The position numbers and the translations under genes are program-made. This document shows, in pieces, positions 39,756 through 49,452 of a DNA stretch of 64,000 bases (positions are counted from its first letter, which is position 1; each line of letters opens with the position of its first letter). Source of the DNA: Candidatus Kerfeldbacteria bacterium (lineage in GTDB: Bacteria > Patescibacteriota > Patescibacteriia > SBBC01); the NCBI GenBank assembly GCA_016207275.1, contig JACQPY010000009.1, positions 27,637 through 91,636 on the forward strand, given 5' to 3'. The notes beneath the pieces were generated by a model. That model was not told where the DNA came from. It did not search any database and worked only from the letters and a program-made list of their open reading frames with translations.

Positions 39756-40529
39756 TTACGCCTTACGTGCTGACACCGTCTCGCCGAGCAACCTCGTTGC
39801 CACTCGACTGAAAGCGACTGGATCGCCTGAGCACAAATAGGTAACGCTGCCTGCCTGCCCTTGAACGGGCAGTTTTTGGTTAGCCGTCAACACCCGCACC
39901 ACCTGTCGTGCCACGGCCGGTCCCGAATCGAGAACCACTACCATCGGCATCGCTTGTTCGATTTCCGGTCGCAAGAAGGGAAAATGCGTGCAGCCGAGCG
40001 CCACGACGTCAGCGCCAAAGGCCTCGACCTGTTCAGCCACCTGCATTACCGAGCTGCGAATCGTTGAACCGTCGAGTTCACCGCGTTCGACCAACAGCAC
40101 CCACTCAGGCAAGGCTAGCTCCAAAACCTGCAGGTCACGGGCGAACTGCTCTTTAAGGTCAGCATACGTTCGGCTGGTCAGCGTGGCGACGGTGGCCAAG
40201 ACCGCTATTTTGTTCGTCTTCGTCTGCTCGGCCGCGGTTTTCAGCACCGGCACGACCCCGACAATCGGCAGTTTCGGGTAATCCAACCGAAGCTGATTGA
40301 TCGCCACCGAGGTCGCGGCATTACAAGCCACCACCACCAGATCAGAATGATAGCGGAGCAGCGTTTGCACTGCCGCTTCACTCAGCTGCCGGATGTGCTC
40401 GTCTTTGCGCCCACCGTATGGCACATTGGCCGTATCGCCGAGGTACACAAAATCTTCATGTGGCAATAATTTGCGAACTTCTCGCAGGACCGATAGTCCG
40501 CCAACGCCAGAGTCAAAAACACCGATCAT
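39756..40529 (-). CDS. murI: Glutamate racemase
   Basis: 257 aa: MIGVFDSGVGGLSVLREV, VVACNAATS, GCTHFP. Confidence 0.9.
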   Translation of the reverse strand: MIGVFDSGVGGLSVLREVRKLLPHEDFVYLGDTANVPYGGRKDEHIRQLSEAAVQTLLRYHSDLVVVACNAATSVAINQLRLDYPKLPIVGVVPVLKTAAEQTKTNKIAVLATVATLTSRTYADLKEQFARDLQVLELALPEWVLLVERGELDGSTIRSSVMQVAEQVEAFGADVVALGCTHFPFLRPEIEQAMPMVVVLDSGPAVARQVVRVLTANQKLPVQGQAGSVTYLCSGDPVAFSRVATRLLGETVSARKA

Positions 40530-40722
40530 ACAAATCGACTATACCAAATAAAGCAAAAACGACAAAAGAAGGTTCTCGACTCCCCCGAATCAAGTTCTCG
40601 ACGCGGCCGCCGGTGGCGACCTTGCTCGAACGGGAACTATTTTTGTGTTGCTCTTCGAGCGACTCCCGCGGAAGCGGGAGGAGTCGAGAAGCCTCAGTTG
40701 CTAAAGTTTTCAACCCAGGACG

Positions 40723-41946
40723 CTACTGTTCTCTTTCCCTCACATATCCCCACTTTACGAGTAGCAGCGCCCCGAACGACCAGAGCACCAGCAACAGGCG
40801 GAAGATGCCGAGCAAGAACGCCAGCAGCGGCACGCGAACGCCGAGGTATGGCAAGCCGAAATCGAGCAGCAGCGACACGACGATGACGCCAAGCAAAGTC
40901 GGCCAGACCGGCGCTAGCTTCGAACCGACAGTTGGACGCATTCGGTCGAGCACCCAGCGACCGACGGTGTACCCCAGAAAGACTTGCGCTGCGTACAGAC
41001 TCAAAACGTACAACGCCATCAAGATCAATGCTAACGGTACGCCGATGACCGTGAAGAGTAGGAGCATGAGGGCAAAAGGAACGGCCAGGAAAACTAGCAC
41101 TCCCCAGCCGACTGCTCGACCGCTCCGCTGCAGCATGACATCGGCCACGTTCCGAACGGTTCGAGGTAGGAGCAAAGCCACCAGCGTCGCCACCACCAGT
41201 AAGGAGAACAAGTTCCAGAGGCCGACTAAGGTAAAGAACTGTCGCGCCAACTTGTTGACTTGTTCGGATTCCGGCACCCCGGGGTAGCGGGTGGTTGTAC
41301 CGCTAACCTTGGCGGCCGGATCAATTTTGGCCTCGACCGCCGCCCAGTACGTTAGATTTCCACCAATCGCGGCGTTGGGGCCGAGCGTTACACAAGGCTC
41401 AGTCCGACAGTCATCGCCGGTTCGAATTCGCGTCTCGCCATCAATTCGTCCGTTCAGCAACACCGATCCGCCCCAGCTATCGAGCGACTGGCCGATGTGG
41501 CCGGCCGCCACCAACGTCCCGCCAGCGGTCATGGTTTCGCCGGCAATGTCGGCGGCCGGCCCGATGGTCAACGTGCCGCCGAGCAGCATTACGTTTCGAC
41601 CCACTTTTGCGTCGAGGTCGACCGTGCCGCCGGCGACGCGGATGCTACCCTTGACCTCACCGGTCACCTTGACGGTCCCACCGCCGATCAGCAGATCGCC
41701 GCCCACCGGCCCGCTGACGGTTACCGTACCGCCGCCGACCAGGATGTCGTCGCTAAACGATCCGGCTAGGTCGATCGTGCCGCCGCCAGCCGCGTAGACT
41801 TCCTTGACGACCTCGTCGTGGCCAACAAACACGGTTCGACCAGACGTCACCGTCATCGCCTGAACTGAAGCGGGTAACCACCAAACAATCACCATGACCA
41901 GGGCGATACTGAGGATCATTCGCCGTCTGGACTGATCTTCTCTCAT
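40723..41946 (-). CDS. Membrane protein with bactofilin-like (beta-helical GG/T repeat) domain and C-terminal multi-TM region
   Basis: 407 aa. Repeats of the type LVGGGTVTVSGPVGGDLLIGGGTVKVTGEVKGSIRVAGGTVDLDAKV, then 5-6 TM helices. Confidence 0.6.
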   Translation of the reverse strand: MREDQSRRRMILSIALVMVIVWWLPASVQAMTVTSGRTVFVGHDEVVKEVYAAGGGTIDLAGSFSDDILVGGGTVTVSGPVGGDLLIGGGTVKVTGEVKGSIRVAGGTVDLDAKVGRNVMLLGGTLTIGPAADIAGETMTAGGTLVAAGHIGQSLDSWGGSVLLNGRIDGETRIRTGDDCRTEPCVTLGPNAAIGGNLTYWAAVEAKIDPAAKVSGTTTRYPGVPESEQVNKLARQFFTLVGLWNLFSLLVVATLVALLLPRTVRNVADVMLQRSGRAVGWGVLVFLAVPFALMLLLFTVIGVPLALILMALYVLSLYAAQVFLGYTVGRWVLDRMRPTVGSKLAPVWPTLLGVIVVSLLLDFGLPYLGVRVPLLAFLLGIFRLLLVLWSFGALLLVKWGYVREREQ

Positions 41947-42099
41947 AGCTGTTCTAACTATACCACGGCTCGGCTCGATGGAAAAACCCTTACCCGGTTA
42001 GAAGTCGTCCCGATGGAACAGGCTTTTATCGACACGCCGATATATCGTTAACCCACCAATACGCTTTTTTCTTCCAATGACTTGTAACGGGGTTTACAG

Positions 42100-42960
42100 A
42101 TGCGGTCACATTCAGTAGGCTGCAAGTACAGAAAAGCCATGGCCGGAATTTTTCTACATACATTTCAGCCGCCGCCAGTGTTGGCTCGGGTCGGTCCGTT
42201 CACCATCCACTGGTACGGTTTGTTCCTGTCGCTCGGCGCCCTGGCCGGCTACGTCGTCTGGCTGCGGCTCGGCCGCGCCTACCGACTCAAGAGCGTTCAG
42301 CTCGAGACGTTGTTCTTTCTGACCGTGCTGGCCGGCTTTGTCGGCGCCCGTCTGTACCACGTCCTCAATGAGTGGCCCTACTACGCCGCGCGGCCGACGG
42401 AAATCCTCGCCATCTGGAATGGCGGCCTGGCCATCCACGGCGCGCTGCTGGCCGGTCTGGCGGTCTTTATGGTCTACGCCCGACGAGCGAAGCTGTCCTT
42501 TCCACTACTGGCTGATATCGTCGTTCCTGCCGTCGCCCTGGGGCAAGCGATTGGCCGGTGGGGTAACTACTTCAACCAGGAGCTGTTCGGCCGACCAACC
42601 GCGCTGCCGTGGGGCATTCCGATTGAGATCGTTAAGCGACCGCCGGAACTCGTGACCAGTGAATTTTTTCATCCCACCTTTCTCTACGAATCGATTGGCT
42701 CGCTGCTGGTTTTCGTCATTCTTATTTTCCTGCACCGACGACGGCTGGCTGGACCGGAACCACGAGGCCGCGTCAGCTATGGCATAATCGCGCTGATTTA
42801 CTTCATTGCTGAATCGTTGGTTCGGACGGTCACAGAACTGCTGCGCGTTGATCAGGTGCCGCTCGTCGCCGGCGTCCGGCTGCCATTGCTGGTCAGTATC
42901 CTGATCGCCCTACTTGCCGCCGTCATCCTGGTCCGTCGAATGAAGGGGGTACGAGCATGA
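42100..42960 (+). CDS. lgt: Prolipoprotein diacylglyceryl transferase
   Basis: 286 aa: YGLFLSLG, GARLYHVL, GRWGNYFNQELFGRPT, HPTFLYES. Confidence 0.9.
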   Translation: MRSHSVGCKYRKAMAGIFLHTFQPPPVLARVGPFTIHWYGLFLSLGALAGYVVWLRLGRAYRLKSVQLETLFFLTVLAGFVGARLYHVLNEWPYYAARPTEILAIWNGGLAIHGALLAGLAVFMVYARRAKLSFPLLADIVVPAVALGQAIGRWGNYFNQELFGRPTALPWGIPIEIVKRPPELVTSEFFHPTFLYESIGSLLVFVILIFLHRRRLAGPEPRGRVSYGIIALIYFIAESLVRTVTELLRVDQVPLVAGVRLPLLVSILIALLAAVILVRRMKGVRA

Positions 42961-43208
42961 AACTTATTACCGCGCTCTTGATTGCCTTGTCCCTGACCGT
43001 GACCGCCCCTCGATCAATCGTTGCCCACGAAACTGCCTCGCCGCACGAGGAAATTACCGCCGTTAACGCGCCGCCCGCCAACACCAACTCAACGACGGCT
43101 GAACGAATTGCGAAGCTTCGCGCGCCCGCCGCTCTTAAGCCACTCCTCTTAGTGCCGCTGGCGCTGATCTTGTACTTCGTTTACGAACGCTTAGCCCAAC
43201 GATCGTAA
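42957..43208 (+). CDS. Small hypothetical secreted/membrane protein
   Basis: 83 aa. N-terminal signal-like helix, C-terminal TM. Overlaps the lgt stop by 4 nt. Confidence 0.4.
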   Translation: MKLITALLIALSLTVTAPRSIVAHETASPHEEITAVNAPPANTNSTTAERIAKLRAPAALKPLLLVPLALILYFVYERLAQRS

Positions 43209-43209
43209 C

Positions 43210-44460
43210 ATGCCAACCCTCAATCAGTCCGATCCCGAACTGGCCGCCGGGCTGCAGCGCGAACTCGAACGGCAGCGGTCCGGCTTGGAAATGATCGCTT
43301 CGGAAAACTTTGTCTCGCCAGCCGTGCTCGCCGCCCTCGGCAGCGTGGCCACCAACAAGTACTCCGAAGGGTACCCCGGCAACCGCTACTACGGCGGCAA
43401 CCAATTTATTGATCAAGTGGAAAGCCTCGCCGTCAGCCGCGCCCAGCAACTATTCGGGGCGGAACACGTCAACGTCCAGCCGCTGTCCGGCGCGCCGGCC
43501 AACATTGCGGTCTACTCGGCCCTGCTGCAACCCGGCGACACGGTTTTAGGCATGGACTTGGGCCACGGCGGGCACTTGACGCACGGTCATCCGGTCACCT
43601 GGATGGCCAAGCTGTTCAACTTCGTCCGCTACAAGACCGATCCGGCCACCGGACTCATTGACTACGATCAGGTTCGAGAACTAGCCAAGGCCCATCAACC
43701 AAAACTGATTCTCGTTGGCTACTCCGCCTACTCTCGCGAGATCGACTACGATAAGTTCAAAACGATTGCCGACGAAGTTGGCGCGCTGACCATGGCTGAT
43801 GTTGCCCATATCGCCGGATTGATTGCCGCCAAATTGATGAACAACCCCGTCCCGCTGTTTGACGTGGTCACGACCACCACCCATAAAACGCTCCGCGGGC
43901 CGCGGGGCGGGATGATTCTCTGCCGCGAGCAGCACGCCAAAGCCATTGACAAGGCCGTCTTCCCGGGATTCCAGGGCGGTCCGCACGAAAACAACATCGC
44001 TGCAAAAGCGGTGGCCTTCAAGGAAGCCTTAGAACCGTCCTTCAAGGAGTACGCCCAGCAAATCATGAAAAACGCCAAAGCGCTCGAACACGCTTTTCGA
44101 GCGGGCGGCCTGACCATCTGCTTCCAGCAAACGGACAACCATCTGCTCCTGCTCGATGTGACCTCAGTTGGCTTGTCCGGCAAACAGGCGCAAGACCTTC
44201 TCGACTCGGTCGGCATCACCGTCAATAAAAACATGATTCCCGACGATCAACGAAAACCAATGGACCCATCGGGTATCCGGATCGGCACGCCCGCACTAAC
44301 CACCAGAGGATTTACCGAAGCTGACATGACCCGGATCGGCGAAATGATTGTCAAGGTGCTGCGCTCGCCGAACGACGAGTCAGTCCAACAGCAAGCCCGC
44401 CAGCTGGTTCGAGAACTGACTGCTGCCCATCCGCTGTATCCAGGCTTAGCTTATCGCTGA
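43210..44460 (+). CDS. glyA: Serine hydroxymethyltransferase
   Basis: 416 aa: [24 protein letters not shown] (PLP lysine region). Confidence 0.95.
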   Translation: MPTLNQSDPELAAGLQRELERQRSGLEMIASENFVSPAVLAALGSVATNKYSEGYPGNRYYGGNQFIDQVESLAVSRAQQLFGAEHVNVQPLSGAPANIAVYSALLQPGDTVLGMDLGHGGHLTHGHPVTWMAKLFNFVRYKTDPATGLIDYDQVRELAKAHQPKLILVGYSAYSREIDYDKFKTIADEVGALTMADVAHIAGLIAAKLMNNPVPLFDVVTTTTHKTLRGPRGGMILCREQHAKAIDKAVFPGFQGGPHENNIAAKAVAFKEALEPSFKEYAQQIMKNAKALEHAFRAGGLTICFQQTDNHLLLLDVTSVGLSGKQAQDLLDSVGITVNKNMIPDDQRKPMDPSGIRIGTPALTTRGFTEADMTRIGEMIVKVLRSPNDESVQQQARQLVRELTAAHPLYPGLAYR

Positions 44461-44478
44461 TAGCTTGTAGCTTTTAGA
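44455..44478. repeat. Left inverted repeat flanking the four-helix-bundle gene
   Basis: CGCTGATAGCTTGTAGCTTTTAGA is the reverse complement of the right arm at 44836-44861. It starts at the glyA stop codon. Confidence 0.6.
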
Positions 44479-44484
44479 GGAAAG

Positions 44485-44847
44485 ATGTACGTAGAATCGT
44501 TCAAACAGCTCACTGTTTGGCAACGAGCCATTGAGGTTATTAAAGAAATTTATCAAGTCACCGCTCGTCTACCCGTAGCCGAACAATACGGATTGATTGG
44601 ACAGATGCGACGTGCGGCGGTTTCTATTCCAGCCAACATCGCCGAAGGTAAAAAGCGTAAAACCAAACGAGACTTCCGCTCGTTCTTGCGAACGGCTGAT
44701 GGTTCGGCTGCTGAGCTCGAAACGCTGATCATTGTTGCTGGTCAAGTTTACCCGACCATCGACTTTTCTCGATGTTCTTCGCCCCTGACTGAGGTTCAAA
44801 AAATGCTAACAGCTATGATACAAAAACTTGAAGCTTCTAAAAGCTAA
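44485..44847 (+). CDS. Four-helix-bundle protein (23S rRNA intervening-sequence / Avd-like family)
   Basis: 120 aa: LTVWQRAIEV...IPANIAEGKKRKTKRDFRSFLRTADGSAAELETL, hallmark of the PF05635-type family. Confidence 0.8.
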   Translation: MYVESFKQLTVWQRAIEVIKEIYQVTARLPVAEQYGLIGQMRRAAVSIPANIAEGKKRKTKRDFRSFLRTADGSAAELETLIIVAGQVYPTIDFSRCSSPLTEVQKMLTAMIQKLEASKS

Positions 44848-44861
44848 CAGCTACAAGCTAT
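44836..44861. repeat. Right inverted repeat flanking the four-helix-bundle gene (TCTAAAAGCTAACAGCTACAAGCTAT)
   Basis: Inverted copy of 44455-44478 and member of the family also at 14071 and 46325. It ends 8 nt before the folD start. Confidence 0.6.
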
Positions 44862-44869
44862 AAACTCTC

Positions 44870-45709
44870 ATGGCACAGCTTATTGACGGACGCTCACTGG
44901 CCGCCGCTATTCGGCGCGCGTTGCCGCTACGGATTGCCAAGCTCCCCCGCCGACCGGGTCTCAGTGTAATGCTCGTCGGCCACGATCCAGCTTCCGAGCT
45001 GTACGTCAAGCTCAAAGGCAAAGCGGCCCAGACCGCTGGCATTCGCTTTACCCTCGAACGGTTCAGTCAAAGCGTTAACCAACACGAGCTCCTCGGTCGC
45101 CTTCAAGCGTGGAACACAGATCCGGAGGTTGACGCCATGCTGATCCAGCTGCCGCTGCCACGGCACCTACGCGAACAGCCGATCATCGAACAGCTGGTGC
45201 CGGAAAAAGACGTTGACGGCTTTCATCCAATCAACACGGCCCGTTTTCTGTCCGGCCAGCGTAGCGATCCGCCGGGTCTGGTTGAGGGTATTCTGCGACT
45301 GATCGCCGCCACTGGCGTTCCGCTCGGCGCACTGACCGCCACCATTGTCGCCCGCTCCAGTGTCTTTACCGACTGCCTTGAGCACGCTCTCCGATTGCAC
45401 GGCGCTTTTCCCCGAACGGTTCCGCCCAACGACACGCATCGAACAGCGACGCTCGAAGCTGATGTGGTGGTGATTGCGGCCGGTCGGCCAAAGTTACTTG
45501 TTGGCGACGATCTTAAGCCAGGGGCAATCGTCATTGATGTCGGTATCAACGCGTTGCCTGATGGTTCGATTGTTGGCGATGTCGACCGCCAATCAGTCGA
45601 GCGGGTCGCCAGTTGGTTAACGCCGGTCCCGGGTGGCGTTGGGCCGATGACCATTGCCATGCTCTTGGAAAACGTCGTCCGCATTGCCGAACGAAACGAA
45701 GTACTATGA
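44870..45709 (+). CDS. folD: Bifunctional methylenetetrahydrofolate dehydrogenase/cyclohydrolase
   Basis: 279 aa: MAQLIDGRSLAA...VMLVGHDPASELYVKLKGKA... Confidence 0.9.
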   Translation: MAQLIDGRSLAAAIRRALPLRIAKLPRRPGLSVMLVGHDPASELYVKLKGKAAQTAGIRFTLERFSQSVNQHELLGRLQAWNTDPEVDAMLIQLPLPRHLREQPIIEQLVPEKDVDGFHPINTARFLSGQRSDPPGLVEGILRLIAATGVPLGALTATIVARSSVFTDCLEHALRLHGAFPRTVPPNDTHRTATLEADVVVIAAGRPKLLVGDDLKPGAIVIDVGINALPDGSIVGDVDRQSVERVASWLTPVPGGVGPMTIAMLLENVVRIAERNEVL

Positions 45710-46248
45710 GCCGAGTCGAGCGCTCGCCACTTCGTTACTTTAAGTTCTGCCCACGATGCGGCAGACAGCTTCGGATTTCGAAAGTTGACGGACATCCGCA
45801 TTTGAAATGCGATCAAGGAGACTTCGTATTTTTCCAGAACCCCCACAGCGCCGTCAGCGGGCTAATCTTTGATCGTCGCGGTCGTGTCATGCTGGTCAAA
45901 CGTAAATACAATCCCAAAAAAGGATTCTGGGATACCCCGGGCGGCTTTGTGGGATGGGGCGAAAATCCCAAACAAGCCGTTATTCGCGAACTGCGTGAAG
46001 AGTTGAAGGTCCATTTTCAACCGCAGGATTTGTCCGGTATTTTTCACGACTGGTATGACATGTTCAACCTGCGATACTCCGTTTACAACATTTACTACAC
46101 CGGAACGATCAGCGGTCGACCGAGACCGGCCTCTGACGTGGCTGCCATCCGATGGTTCCCCCTCAACCGGCTACCCCAAAAAATTAGCTTCTCACATATA
46201 CGTCGAGCGCTCCGACACTACCGAACTACGCACCAGAAAAAATCATGA
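45706..46248 (+). CDS. NUDIX hydrolase with N-terminal zinc ribbon (NudC-like)
   Basis: CPRCG...KCDQGDF then the Nudix box GGFVGWGENPKQAVIRELREELKV. Start taken at the internal ATG (MSRVERS) overlapping the folD stop (ATGA). The upstream ORF extension overlaps folD. Confidence 0.7.
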   Translation: MSRVERSPLRYFKFCPRCGRQLRISKVDGHPHLKCDQGDFVFFQNPHSAVSGLIFDRRGRVMLVKRKYNPKKGFWDTPGGFVGWGENPKQAVIRELREELKVHFQPQDLSGIFHDWYDMFNLRYSVYNIYYTGTISGRPRPASDVAAIRWFPLNRLPQKISFSHIRRALRHYRTTHQKKS

Positions 46249-46277
46249 GCCTCCACATCGGAATCGTCGGCCTTTAT

Positions 46278-46354
46278 GAGCTTTGAGCTTTTGGCTTATA
46301 GCTGTTAGACGCCTCGTCACGATCCTAAAAGCTAACAGCTATAAGCTACAAGCT
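46278..46354. repeat. Stand-alone hairpin built from two inverted copies of the AAAAGCTAACAGCTATAAGC repeat
   Basis: Perfect 15-bp stem GCTTATAGCTGTTAG / CTAACAGCTATAAGC with a 22-nt loop, intergenic between nudix and ychF. Confidence 0.6.
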
Positions 46355-46362
46355 GAACCTCT

Positions 46363-47445
46363 ATGTCATTACAGATAGGAATTGTCGGTCTTCCCAACGT
46401 CGGCAAGTCAACGCTCTTTCAGGCGCTCACCAAAAAGAAAGTTGACACCTCGAACTATCCCTTCGCGACCATTGACCCCAACGTCGGCGTGGTGGCTGTT
46501 CCTGACGAACGGCTTGCCCAGCTGGCTCGGGTGGCCAAGTCCAAAGAAATTATTCCGACCACCATCGAGTTCGTCGACATTGCCGGATTGGTCAAAAACG
46601 CGCACCAGGGCGAGGGCCTCGGCAACCAGTTTCTTCAAAACATTCGTGAGACCGACGCCATTGTCGAGGTCGTCCGCGCCTTTACCGATCCCAACGTCAT
46701 CCACGTGGCCGGCAAAGTTGAGCCAAAAGAAGACGTTGAAACAATCAACCTCGAACTGATCTTTGCTGACCTGGCAATTGTCAGCAAGCGGCACGAAAAC
46801 GTCTTGCGCCAGCTCAAATCAGGCACCAACCGTCAGGTTGAACAACAGCTCGGCGCGCTGACCAAATTCAAAGAAGCGCTTGAAGCGGGCCGGCCAGCGC
46901 GTTCGGTCGAACTGACCGATGATGAACGCGGGCACATCAAGGATATGAACCTGCTGACCGCCAAGCCGATCCTTTACGTCCTGAACGTCGGAGAAGGCTC
47001 CCCTCCGCCCTTGGGGGGAGGGGTCGGGGGAGGTGGGCTGGACGGCCCCGTCGTTCCCCTCTCAGTCAAAATTGAGTCTGAACTGGCTGAGCTTTCCGCC
47101 GAAGACGCCGCCACGTTCATGCGCGACCTCGGCCTGAGAGAATCGGGGCTGGATCAGTTGATTAAAGCTGCCTACCAAACGCTCAACTTGATCACGTTCT
47201 TTACCGCCGGCCCCAAAGAAACCCGTGCTTGGACGGTCAAGCGCGGCACCAAAGCGCCGCAGGCTGCCGGCGTCATCCACACCGACTTTGAAGAGGGTTT
47301 CATCCGCGCCGAAATTATAAACTGGAAAGAGTTTGTTGATGCTGGCGGCGACGTCAGGGCTAAAGAGCTCGGAAAGGTGAGAATTGAGGGAAAAGAGTAT
47401 ATTATTCAAGACGGAGATGTTGTTCACTTTCACTTCCAAACCTAA
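46363..47445 (+). CDS. ychF: Ribosome-binding ATPase YchF, with an in-frame hairpin insertion
   Basis: 360 aa. [12 protein letters not shown]1 motif and TGS C-terminal domain. Insert [22 protein letters not shown] is encoded around the palindrome CTCCCCTCC-GCCCTTGG-GGGGAGGGG (46998-47025). Confidence 0.9.
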   Translation: MSLQIGIVGLPNVGKSTLFQALTKKKVDTSNYPFATIDPNVGVVAVPDERLAQLARVAKSKEIIPTTIEFVDIAGLVKNAHQGEGLGNQFLQNIRETDAIVEVVRAFTDPNVIHVAGKVEPKEDVETINLELIFADLAIVSKRHENVLRQLKSGTNRQVEQQLGALTKFKEALEAGRPARSVELTDDERGHIKDMNLLTAKPILYVLNVGEGSPPPLGGGVGGGGLDGPVVPLSVKIESELAELSAEDAATFMRDLGLRESGLDQLIKAAYQTLNLITFFTAGPKETRAWTVKRGTKAPQAAGVIHTDFEEGFIRAEIINWKEFVDAGGDVRAKELGKVRIEGKEYIIQDGDVVHFHFQT

Positions 47446-47496
47446 CATCGAACCCTATAGGGTTCGATTTAAACAGACTGTCGTGGCGCAGCGGCG

Positions 47497-47585
47497 AGGA
47501 TCACCCTTCGACAGGCTCAGGGTGACCCTGAACGAAGTCGAATGGGTCAGGGTGTCCAAAGGACGGGCCCCTAGCTGAGCCGCAA
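47497..47585. repeat. 85-bp GC-rich palindromic repeat, second copy
   Basis: About 85% identical to 34884-34968. Lies downstream of ychF. Confidence 0.6.
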
Positions 47586-47699
47586 GCCATGACACCGTAT
47601 ACGGAAAGAGAGGCGTCGGAAGAGGAAAATCCCCGACTAGATCGGGGATAGGGTTTCCTCTCCGAGAAATGTCATTTTCACTTTCAATAGTTTGCAATC

Positions 47700-48070
47700 C
47701 TCGTCAAATTATGATATCATGAAACTGGAGGCAAGCACTTTTAAGCCTCGGAACCGCACTAAAGCAGTTACCCCTGAGGTTAAGGAGGCCCACCATGTCT
47801 CCGCGACTCACCTTTCCCATAACTGGCGAACGCTCCATCGTCTCCACTCGCCCGTAGGGGGTGATCCGTAGACTTCGGCACAGGATTGCCGTTTCGGGCG
47901 GCCATCCCCAGGCCTGTTCACTGCCGCGCTGCGGCTCGATGCTCACCGAAGCGGGCCTGGTCATCCAGACTCCCGCTTCAATCACGGGCAAGTCTGACCA
48001 CTTGCGCGTTTTTAGCACTCGTGCTAGGATACGGCCGCAGCTCGAATGGGCTGCTTTCAAAAGCTTTTTC
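47700..48070 (+). other. Long GC-rich structured leader upstream of rpsF with an SD-preceded 20-codon ORF. Possible ncRNA or regulatory leader
   Basis: TAAGGAGG 7 nt before the ATG at 47795 (MSPRLTFPITGERSIVSTRP). Multiple hairpins. No RNase P, tmRNA or SRP signature motifs recognized. Confidence 0.3.
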
Positions 48071-48688
48071 ATGGAACAACCAGCGCCCAATGGCCTGCGC
48101 CCCGAACCCGGGGCCGGGTCCGCGCCGATCCCCTCCCCGATCAAGTCGGGGAAAATCGGGGAAGCGGCGCCAGACACGACCGACCGGCCAGGCACGTACG
48201 AGCTAATGGCTATCTTCCCCGCGACTTTGTCGGAGGAAGAAGTTGCGGCTGCCCAAACTAAAGTTAAAGCCGCCCTGACCGAGCGCGGGGCGGTGATTGA
48301 AACTGACCAGGATTTTGGCAAGCGCAAGCTGGCCTACGCGATCAAGCACGTCCGCCAGGGCGTCTACCACCTCTACACCTTCCGCGCTCCCAAGCTCAGT
48401 CTTCAGACACTTGAAAGCGAGCTGCAGCTGATGCCGGAAGTGCTGCGGCACTTAATCATGGTTCGAACCGTCCGAACCCAGGCCCAGCTTGAGGCTAAGG
48501 CCGCCCTGCGCGAACGCATCCAAGCCAAGCGCATGGCCGCCGAAGAGCGGGCCGTAGCCGAACGCACTAAAGAAGCCATCGCCGCGCCGACTGACCGCCC
48601 GGCGCCAGCACCAACACGAGAAGTTTCGAAAGAAGAGCTCGAACAAAAACTTGAGGAGATCCTCAAAGACGAAACTCTCGGCGAGTAG
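48071..48688 (+). CDS. rpsF: 30S ribosomal protein S6 (start uncertain; Pro/Gly-rich N-terminal extension if ATG 48071 is used)
   Basis: Core TYELMAIFPATLSEEEV...GKRKLAYAIKHVRQGVYHL aligns with S6 from its first beta-strand, so the start must be upstream of 48194. The only in-frame ATG is 48071. Acidic/Ala-rich C-terminal tail. Confidence 0.65.
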   Translation: MEQPAPNGLRPEPGAGSAPIPSPIKSGKIGEAAPDTTDRPGTYELMAIFPATLSEEEVAAAQTKVKAALTERGAVIETDQDFGKRKLAYAIKHVRQGVYHLYTFRAPKLSLQTLESELQLMPEVLRHLIMVRTVRTQAQLEAKAALRERIQAKRMAAEERAVAERTKEAIAAPTDRPAPAPTREVSKEELEQKLEEILKDETLGE

Positions 48689-48773
48689 CCAGGCGATCAC
48701 CGCGCGGATTTTAGTCCGCCCCCAGTCCGCACACCAACCCCTAACCACTGACCCCTAACCACTTCCCCTTCCC

Positions 48774-49211
48774 ATGGCCATGAACCTCAACAAAGCGCTG
48801 ATCATCGGCAACCTAACTCGCGACCCGGAAGGCCGGACCACCACCGGCGGTCAGAACGTCGTCTCGTTCGGCGTCGCCACGACCCGACGCTGGAAAGATC
48901 GCCAGAGCGGTGAGCCGAAAGAGCAAACCGAATTCCACAACGTCGTCGCCTGGGGCCGGCTAGCCGAGATCGTGCAGCAATACCTGAAAAAGGGCAGCAA
49001 AGTCTACATCGAAGGTCGGATCCAAACTCGTTCCTGGGAGGACCAAACTGGGGCCAAGCGAAATCGGACGGAGATTATCGCTGAGAACTTAATCATGCTC
49101 GACCGCGCCGGCACTGGCCCACGGGCCACAGAACAAGCGCCAGCCGAGTCGCCAGCCACCGCTAAACCGGCTGCCGAAGAGGAAATCAATGTTGAAGACA
49201 TCCCGTTCTAA
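48774..49211 (+). CDS. ssb: Single-stranded DNA-binding protein
   Basis: 145 aa with OB fold and acidic tail ending EEEINVEDIPF. Confidence 0.9.
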   Translation: MAMNLNKALIIGNLTRDPEGRTTTGGQNVVSFGVATTRRWKDRQSGEPKEQTEFHNVVAWGRLAEIVQQYLKKGSKVYIEGRIQTRSWEDQTGAKRNRTEIIAENLIMLDRAGTGPRATEQAPAESPATAKPAAEEEINVEDIPF

Positions 49212-49425
49212 CGTCGTTCATGTTCCCAGGGTTTGCCACTTCTGCGTCAACGCCATCGACGACATCGACTACAAGGACATTCGGACGATCCAGCGCTTTA
49301 TGACTTCCTACGCGAAGATTGCTTCGCGACGCCGCACGGGCACGTGCACCAAGCACCAGCGTAAGTTGGCTGAGGCGATCAAGCGGGCGCGCTTCTTGGC
49401 GCTCGTCCCCTTCACCCTCCGGTAG
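49189..49425 (+). CDS. rpsR: 30S ribosomal protein S18
   Basis: 78 aa: CHFCVNAIDDIDYKDIRTIQRFMTSYAKIASRRRTG. rpsF-ssb-rpsR gene order. Confidence 0.9.
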   Translation: MLKTSRSNVVHVPRVCHFCVNAIDDIDYKDIRTIQRFMTSYAKIASRRRTGTCTKHQRKLAEAIKRARFLALVPFTLR

Positions 49426-49452
49426 ATCTCTCGACCGCACCGCCAAACCTCT

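Noticed and set aside
45613-45705. N-terminal 31-aa extension of the NudC-like ORF
   Set aside because: It overlaps the folD 3' end in another frame. The internal ATG at 45706 overlaps the folD stop (ATGA) and precedes the zinc ribbon.
47700-48070. Possibility that the rpsF-upstream region encodes tmRNA, RNase P RNA or SRP RNA
   Set aside because: The universal motifs are absent: GGAAAGUCCGGGC and ACAGAACCCGGCUUA for RNase P, the GGGG...GGTTCGA.TCC...CCACCA termini for tmRNA, and AGGUCCGGAAGGAAGCAGC for SRP. Kept only as an unexplained structured leader.
47704-48327. 207-aa minus-strand ORF spanning the rpsF leader
   Set aside because: Low-complexity Ala/Ser/Arg-rich. It overlaps the S6 coding start and the hairpin-rich leader, so it is a GC-driven artefact.
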